DNA of 61,101 nucleotides, filler included, from It is 14 parts of 14 records of this genome, joined end to end, with 100 filler letters (N's around TTAATTAATTAA, not from the genome) between each part and the next. Parts side by side here need not be neighbours in the genome. Positions count along the whole stretch, not along the records: positions 54,616 to 61,101 come from SRR15195285_6282; 13 more parts are not named here. One strand, 5' to 3'. Shown piece by piece: positions 54,882 to 61,101 of this stretch (position 1 is its first letter; each line of letters starts with the position of its first letter). The notes under the pieces were generated by a model. It saw only the letters and a program-made list of their open reading frames with translations, ran no database searches and was not told where the DNA came from. The position numbers and the translations under genes were made by a program.

Positions 54882-57800
54882 ATGCAGGGTGGTGAATCAT
54901 CATCGCTGCGGCTGCTGCTGCTGTTGTTGATGGCAGTGGTGCTGCCGCAAGCGGGGCGGGCGCCGCAGCTGCACCTGGACTCGCTGACGCCAAGCTGTGC
55001 TGCGCCCGATAGCACGTCGCGGCGCACGATGCAGTTTGAGTACTCGCACCGGGACCCGGTAGTACTGTGGCGGCTTGCAGCAAATGGGACATCTGCCACC
55101 GTCTGCACGCAATTTCGGGACGAGAGCAATCAGTCTACCTGGAACTACAGCGGATGGGACGCACCCTGGCGATCTGCTGCGTTTTCTTGCAACGAGGATG
55201 ACGGCACCACATCCGTGGAGTTTTTTCCGACAGCGGATTGCCTCAACGGCAATCCGATCGATGTCGCGGGGGCGCTCGCAGCGCAGCTAGCTGCCGTGGC
55301 CGCGGAAGTGGAAGACGGCTTACCAGATCAGAATGTTACGGGCGTGGCTGCAGCGCTGATCATTACGAGCGGATTTCCGCTGCCAACTTCGCGGCTAAGG
55401 ACGTCCGCGCGCCAGGGCGACAACGGCACGTGCTTTGACACATTTGCGACCGTCGATGACGTCGCCCTGCGATTGGCGTATCGAGCAGCATTCAACCTGC
55501 AGGCGGGAGAGCCTATCGACCGATCGTCGCTGGATATGTCTAGCGCCGAGTACGATACAATGAGCACCCAACTTGACGCCTACCGCGAGCGACTGGTGCA
55601 AGAGGCTTTGCTTCCGGCGCGTCGTGCTTTCCGTTTCGTATTCGAGGGTGACGACCTATGCGAGCCAGCGCCAGTGACATGGGCAGATGTCCCCGCGAGT
55701 CGGCCTCTCTGGACGTTGCCGGGCAGCACGAGCTGTGCAGCGAATGAGGTGACGTACACTCAGTCAGGGGTAGATCTACGAGCAGAACAGCTGTATGAAG
55801 GTAGCTTCGCCTGCCCGCTGTCGCGGTGGCACCCAGGCGAGACAGACTTGGCACTGGAGATCACGCAGGTCGTGCACGCGTCGCCGGCCACCTGTACGGG
55901 TAGTGCCGATCCTCTGCCATTATGCAATGTCTTCTTGGGTGACTGCGGTGCGGTAGGTATGGTGCAGTGTGGCGATGGATGCGTGCCTGCGGAGTCTGCA
56001 CCACCCGATTGCTCCGAATGGTTTGCTGCTGCTCCGAATAGCCTCGCCACATCGTGTTTCCATGGATGCACATACACAGAGCCGGTCGACGGCGAGGTGT
56101 CCGTAAACTTCGGGTTTGAGCGGGTAGGTTGGCGTGGTTGCAGGGGCTCGTTTGACCTGTGAGCAAGACATCCATCGTAACTCATGTCATAGTTTGATGC
56201 GTTCTGGTTTCTCTAACATCTATTTTCCATCTGCGCAGAGTCGGTCAACTTGATGCCAACAATAGTTTGTTCTTGGATCCCGCAGCAGGCCGGGGGTCAT
56301 GCGCAGAAGACAGGACGGCGAACCTTTGTGGGTACACAAATGTACATATGGAGGGTACGGTGGTCAAACAACCAAGTGGTTCGCGAATTTACAGTGGCGC
56401 TATCTACATGGACAGAATTTCGCGTTTTCCTGAAAAGTGCGGTGTGCTTCATTTGGAGGAGTGTCCGTTTAGCGTTGTGCTGCCTCGGGTCGATGAAGGC
56501 CCTCCGCAGGAGGGCGAGCTGTCGTGCATCCTTGGTGGTGCCTGCACACACGCGCTCAATCGAGACGGAGCGCCTTGGAACTCTGCTGTCGTGACGTGGC
56601 TTGCAGATGTGCAGGACACCCAGGGCTCCGCAGCTGTGGCATTTTACAGCACGCAGAACTGTTCCGGCACGATCGTGGACGTAAATGATTACCATCGACG
56701 CCTACTCACTGCAGAGCTGGAAGCAGTCGATGAAACTATTGGCGGTCCATGGATCTGGCCTCTGGAGGTGGACCTGACGGGCATAGTGAGCGTCGCAACC
56801 CACTTTCCGATGGTGACACGTTGCCCAGTTGTCGGGCAGGAGTGCGGTGCTCTTCCCACTCTGCACATTGCCATGAATGTATATCAACCAGGCGTGGACG
56901 CGGTGAGGGAATCTCAAGTCTGCATTGATGCAGTTTCTCCACGGCTGTCTAGTGTCTGGGAGTCTGCTTTGGAAGAAGAGTTCAGCCGGGCATTTTGGTT
57001 TGCTCGCAACTACAGCGGGCCTCCACCTGTGGAGACTATCGAGGCGATCGCAGCTCCTTTCAGTGGTGGAGAAGTAGGCGAAGGCCTGGATTTCTCTGGA
57101 CGTTTCAAGTACGCAGTGAACGTTGGTAGTTGGCCAGGTGGGATGCTCATAGGTGATGCAAACTTTACTGCTGACGAAGGCATACCTGGGGTTGAAGTCA
57201 GAGCACAGCATCGGCTCCCGAACTGGGGTGATCTGGACCTAGGTGACTCTCCAGAAGACGACGACCTAGAGGTGATCATGCGATCGGTCCGGTGGTCCAC
57301 AACACCACACCCGGTTTCGGTAACGCTCGGACATTTAGAGCCAGGAGCAGTGTACAAGACCCAGCTAATATTTGGGTCGCCAATGCAGCGTGACCAAGAC
57401 TGGGAGCACGAACCGTTACCAGGCCAGCGGGGCTTTGACCTGTTCGTAGATGGCGTACAAGTGTTGCGAGGTTTCGAACCACTCATTGCGGCTAAGTACA
57501 ACCCTCGTACGCAGCTGACAACTGGCGCCTATGTGAAGTTCATATTTGAAGCGAAGCCAGCGGAGATTCCATTGACGGTTTCGCAGGTCGAGATAGAGCT
57601 CCGTGGGAGCGCGGGGGACTTTGTTGACACTAATCCGTCGCTGCACGGCTTCACGCTGGAGTACCTCTCTCCAGCACGTGAGGGAAGGCGCAGGCGGGCC
57701 TTGCAAACCAGCGATGTGCCACAGCGCGAGGTGTTTTACATTACAGAAGAAGAGGCGCTTGCAGATACAATGCGTCAATTCAAGGGCAAGCTACTTTCAA

Positions 57801-60800
57801 CCGTAGACCGCGGTTCGAGGATGTACACGTTTGAGTTTGGGCACGCGTCAACCTGCCCAGTGATGCCTCCTCCGCCACGGTCTGATGGGACACGCTGCCG
57901 AGACACACAGCGTCAGGTTGTGGGTTTGGGGGTCGACTTATCACAGTCATGGGACTGTTCAGGACATGGAGCCTGTGAAGACGGGGTCTGTCGGTGTAGA
58001 GACGGCTACGCCGGTGACGCATGTGACGTGTGTGCCCCAGGGTATATGCTTGATCGACTAGATGAATCCATCGAATCCTCCTGCGTTGATAACCCGTGTG
58101 AACCAGACATCTGCTCTGGTCATGGCACCTGCAGCTTCGTGTACACACAAGATGGAATTTCAGCTACACTTGTTCAGTCGACTGTGCGGGATGTGCGCAG
58201 TGGAGAAATGGTCCCATCATCCATCGGTGGCGGCGTGTGTGAATGCAATTACGGCTTCGATGGGTCGCCGCAGTGGAATCCGGTCGGTGTGCTGATTGTC
58301 GGCGCGTGTTCTCAGTGTGCTCACGGGTTTCTCGATTACCCAGTTTGCCGCGATAATCCATGCATGCCAGATCCATGTAGCGGTCACGGTTTCTGTTTCA
58401 CCGACGATGGCGCCTGCCGATGTGATCCAGGGTGGATTGGCGACGACTGTTCGCGCCCTGCTGCTGTGACTGTTAGTATGGTCCAGACATTAGGCGAAGG
58501 CTGTGACGGGTTTCTCCCAGACGGCCAGTGGAATTCGAGCTCGGGCGAAGGCTGGTCAGCCATTATCGAAGGCTGCGTCCGCAATACAGAGTGCAGTACT
58601 GCGCTGAGCACACCGTTGACGCCATGGAGCTCCTCTGTCTTCACCTACGCACGTGATGGCCGCGCATACCTCAGCTACTATGCGACGCACAACTGCACTG
58701 GCGAACCCTTGGATATCGCGCTGCTTGCGGCAAACGCACTCGAGCAGCACGTGAAAGCACTTGATGACGGTCTTCCGACCCAAAATATCGATCTTGGTAG
58801 ACGTGTTGCAGTGACAGACGGTTTACCTGAGGTTGGTGCGATCGTGCGTGGAGAGCAGTGCTACGAAACAGCGGCTTCGGTGCTGGGAGAGCAAGTTCTC
58901 AACCATTATTCGACAGCCGAGGCTGCCTTTGTGCAGAAATACAACGCGCTCATTGGTCCCTGCACGATGGCAGACTTCACTGCCATTGAGGAGGACCGAC
59001 AGCGCTCTGTGCCTTGCGGTAGATGTCTCGCTCGCGCGAACGCGACGATGGTAGGCTGTTATCCCGCAGCATTTGCATCATCTGGGACGTGTAGCCCAGC
59101 TGCGCTGGTCAACCTGGATGCGGTGCTCCGCTTGGTCGATCCTTTACCCGACGACAGTCGGATTATGGGCGAGGTGCCAGCATGCCGGTTATGCTATGCG
59201 GTAGTTCGGGCGAGGTTGGAGGCGGAGAGCGCCGCTGCCGAGACTCCATGGGTCATCGACGGTTACTTCGACAACAACGAGATCAACAAGCATGGCCAGA
59301 ATTTTACTGGGCGAGCGCGCCTACGGGAGGAGTTGGCAGTGGTTTGCGGCGGCGCTTGGGATGGTGTCTGGGGCTTCGGCACGCCTGCTGCTGAACTGCT
59401 AGTAGACTGGGGACTGGCTTTTGCCATGGAACATCGACTGCCAACAGCACCTTCGCTGCCTACCGCAGTCACGGCTGTGCCAGAGAATCACTGGGGCAAG
59501 TTTGACGCCCTGTTTCTAGCGTACATTCGACGGTTGGAGAGCAACTTTGTCTACCGTTGGAGCTGGGAACAAGGCAACTGGAGCTCTATCTGCCCGAACG
59601 ACCCCGCACCGGCTGTCGGCACAGAATCCGAAGAAGAGTTGAGGTTTCGGCTGGCTAACCCGACCAGACGACCTGCGACATTCGAAGTCACTATCGGTGG
59701 CGAGTTGGCATCCCTTCAACATCCTGCAGCACAGCTGCAGTTGCAAGCAGACGTGGCAGCTGTACTTAGTGTTGCACCAGAAGTGATCCAGATCCTCGCG
59801 ATGGTGGAAGGGAGTGTCGTTGTGACCTTTCGAGTGGTTGACTTTGGCTGGGACGCGGTGCCAGTCGCAATGCAAAGATTAGCCTCCACTGAGACGCTGG
59901 GCGAAGCCGAACTTCTGCGCGTTCGCTCGCTGGACGAAGAATCGCTCGATGTCGAGTGCGCGGAATGTGTGGGCGGCAACAGCGACGCCATCGGCTTCGA
60001 GTGCAGCTCGTCGCTGCGGCACGCAGACAGCTGTAGGTACTGGACTCTGATCGAAGGTGGTCACAACTACAGTCCTGACACGCTCTGGCCGCCAGTGTGC
60101 GTAGCACTGCCACGCACATTTAGCTGGGACGGTCCACTGGGTCAGGAGCAGAGCCTGGCGGTCATGATGCCGATGCAGTGCCCACCCACGGCGCCTGAGC
60201 CTGAGCCAGAGCCAGAGGCGCTTGCAGCTCCTGCACCACAAGCGGCTGCGGAGACAGACAGTCCCATGGGACTGATAATCGGCGGTGGAGCCGGGCTGGT
60301 TGTCCTAGCTGTGCTGTTCAAGCGACGGCATGCACAAAAGAAGCGCCGCATAGCCGCGGAAGAGGATAAAGCAATGATGAAAGAAGAGTTCGACGACCGG
60401 CTGGTTGCACTACCACAGCAATCGAAAGCGGAGATAGATGAGGAGAAGCGACGCCTTGCCGCCATCGAGAAGCGGAAGCGTGAAAAGAAGAAGAAGGCAA
60501 TGGTTGTCCGTGCCAAGGACTTTAAGCCACTGGAGGATAGAGCGCAGAAGAACCAGCTGGCAGAGCTCGGTGGAAGCGGCAAGCGCGCTGCAATTACACA
60601 GAAGTGGTCCCACCTGTACCCACCAAAGGTACAATACACCGCGCAGCACTGGACCAGACCTCCGACGACGGAGGAAATCAACGCGTTCGCACCGAAGCTC
60701 GGTCTTGACCCAGCAGAGGATGCGCATAGCAAACTGCTCTATTTAGCAGAAGCAGCGCTTTGCGCCCCGCTACCTCAAGGGTGGGCCCAAGGCATGGATG

Positions 60801-61101
60801 GTCAGGGAGAAGTCCTCTTTTTCACGTTTGAGTCCGATGGTTCTGATTGGAGCTACGAGCACCCACTGCTCAGCCACTTCCGAAAACTCGCACGGATCAA
60901 GCTGCTGGACGTTGTCGATACCGATGCTACGGGAGCTCTACCCCCCCTCCCAGGTGCTGATGATGCCAGCTATCAGGGTGATGGCGTTGAAGCTGCTGAA
61001 GCTCCAGAGCTATCAAAGGAGGCCCGACTGAGGGTCTTGGAAGGACTTGGAGGCGGTCGAGCTGAATTCAATCCGCAGCAGCAGCAGCAGCAGCAGCAGC
61101 A
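54882..61101 (+). CDS. >2000-aa type I membrane protein: signal peptide, 3 copies of an unrecognised repeat, malectin-like module, 3 EGF/laminin-EGF repeats, SEA-like domain, TM, coiled coil, CEP164-type helical-bundle+WW module, poly-Q (3' truncated)
   Basis: Exon 1 from MQGGESSSLRLLLLLL (upstream in-frame ATG at 54723 possible); intron 56159-56238 (GTGAGC...cgcag). Exon 2 stays open to the window end, so the ORF track omits it. Motifs CSGHG x3, EGSVVVTF, MGLIIGGGAGLVVLAVLF-KRR, PTTEEINAFAPKLGLDP...LLYLAEAALCAPLPQGW...YEHPLLSHFRKL. Confidence 0.85.
61076..61101 (+). repeat. (CAG)n poly-Q microsatellite at window end
   Basis: cagcagcag... in frame with the large receptor. Confidence 0.9.

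Overview
This is eukaryotic, intron-rich genomic DNA, not a prokaryotic locus and not one continuous region. It is 14 short contigs (about 3-6.5 kb) joined by 13 artificial 100-nt spacers (N44-TTAATTAATTAA-N44), so gene adjacency means something only within a contig. Genes are GC-rich with short introns (about 50-170 nt, GT-AG, one GC-AG), so the ORF track shows only exon fragments and antisense shadows; I spliced the models by hand. CFAP61, many intron-containing bacterial-type CAZymes, Cys-rich multi-TM receptors and EPEPEP tracts point to a flagellated, heterotrophic, probably marine picoeukaryote (Picozoa-like is my inference, not proven). Recognised genes: NOP16-like, GHL15/GH168-like+PAN, GH63/MGH1-like+PAN, LRR multi-TM receptor, an SPFH exon, D-aminoacylase-like amidohydrolase, SAM methyltransferase, Sushi/Cys-rich multi-TM receptor, TM-UBA-ADP-ribosyltransferase, GxGYxYP domain, GH110-like beta-helix, a CRE-like retroelement fragment, RWA/Cas1p-type O-acetyltransferase, TMEM181/Wntless-lipase fusion, CFAP61, a UBR E3 ligase 3' end, a sugar porter, GH2 beta-mannosidase, RluA, a PhyH dioxygenase, and a >2000-aa type I membrane protein largely missed by the ORF track. 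The best leads are unusual protein architectures: a receptor-type ADP-ribosyltransferase, a surface receptor with a cytoplasmic CEP164-type WW module, the Wntless-like/lipase fusion, a calmodulin-like insert in CFAP61, and an LRR receptor possibly nested in an SPFH intron. A recurrent CG-tract plus TAGATCTA palindrome upstream of genes is also notable. All family calls come from motif recognition; no database searches were run.
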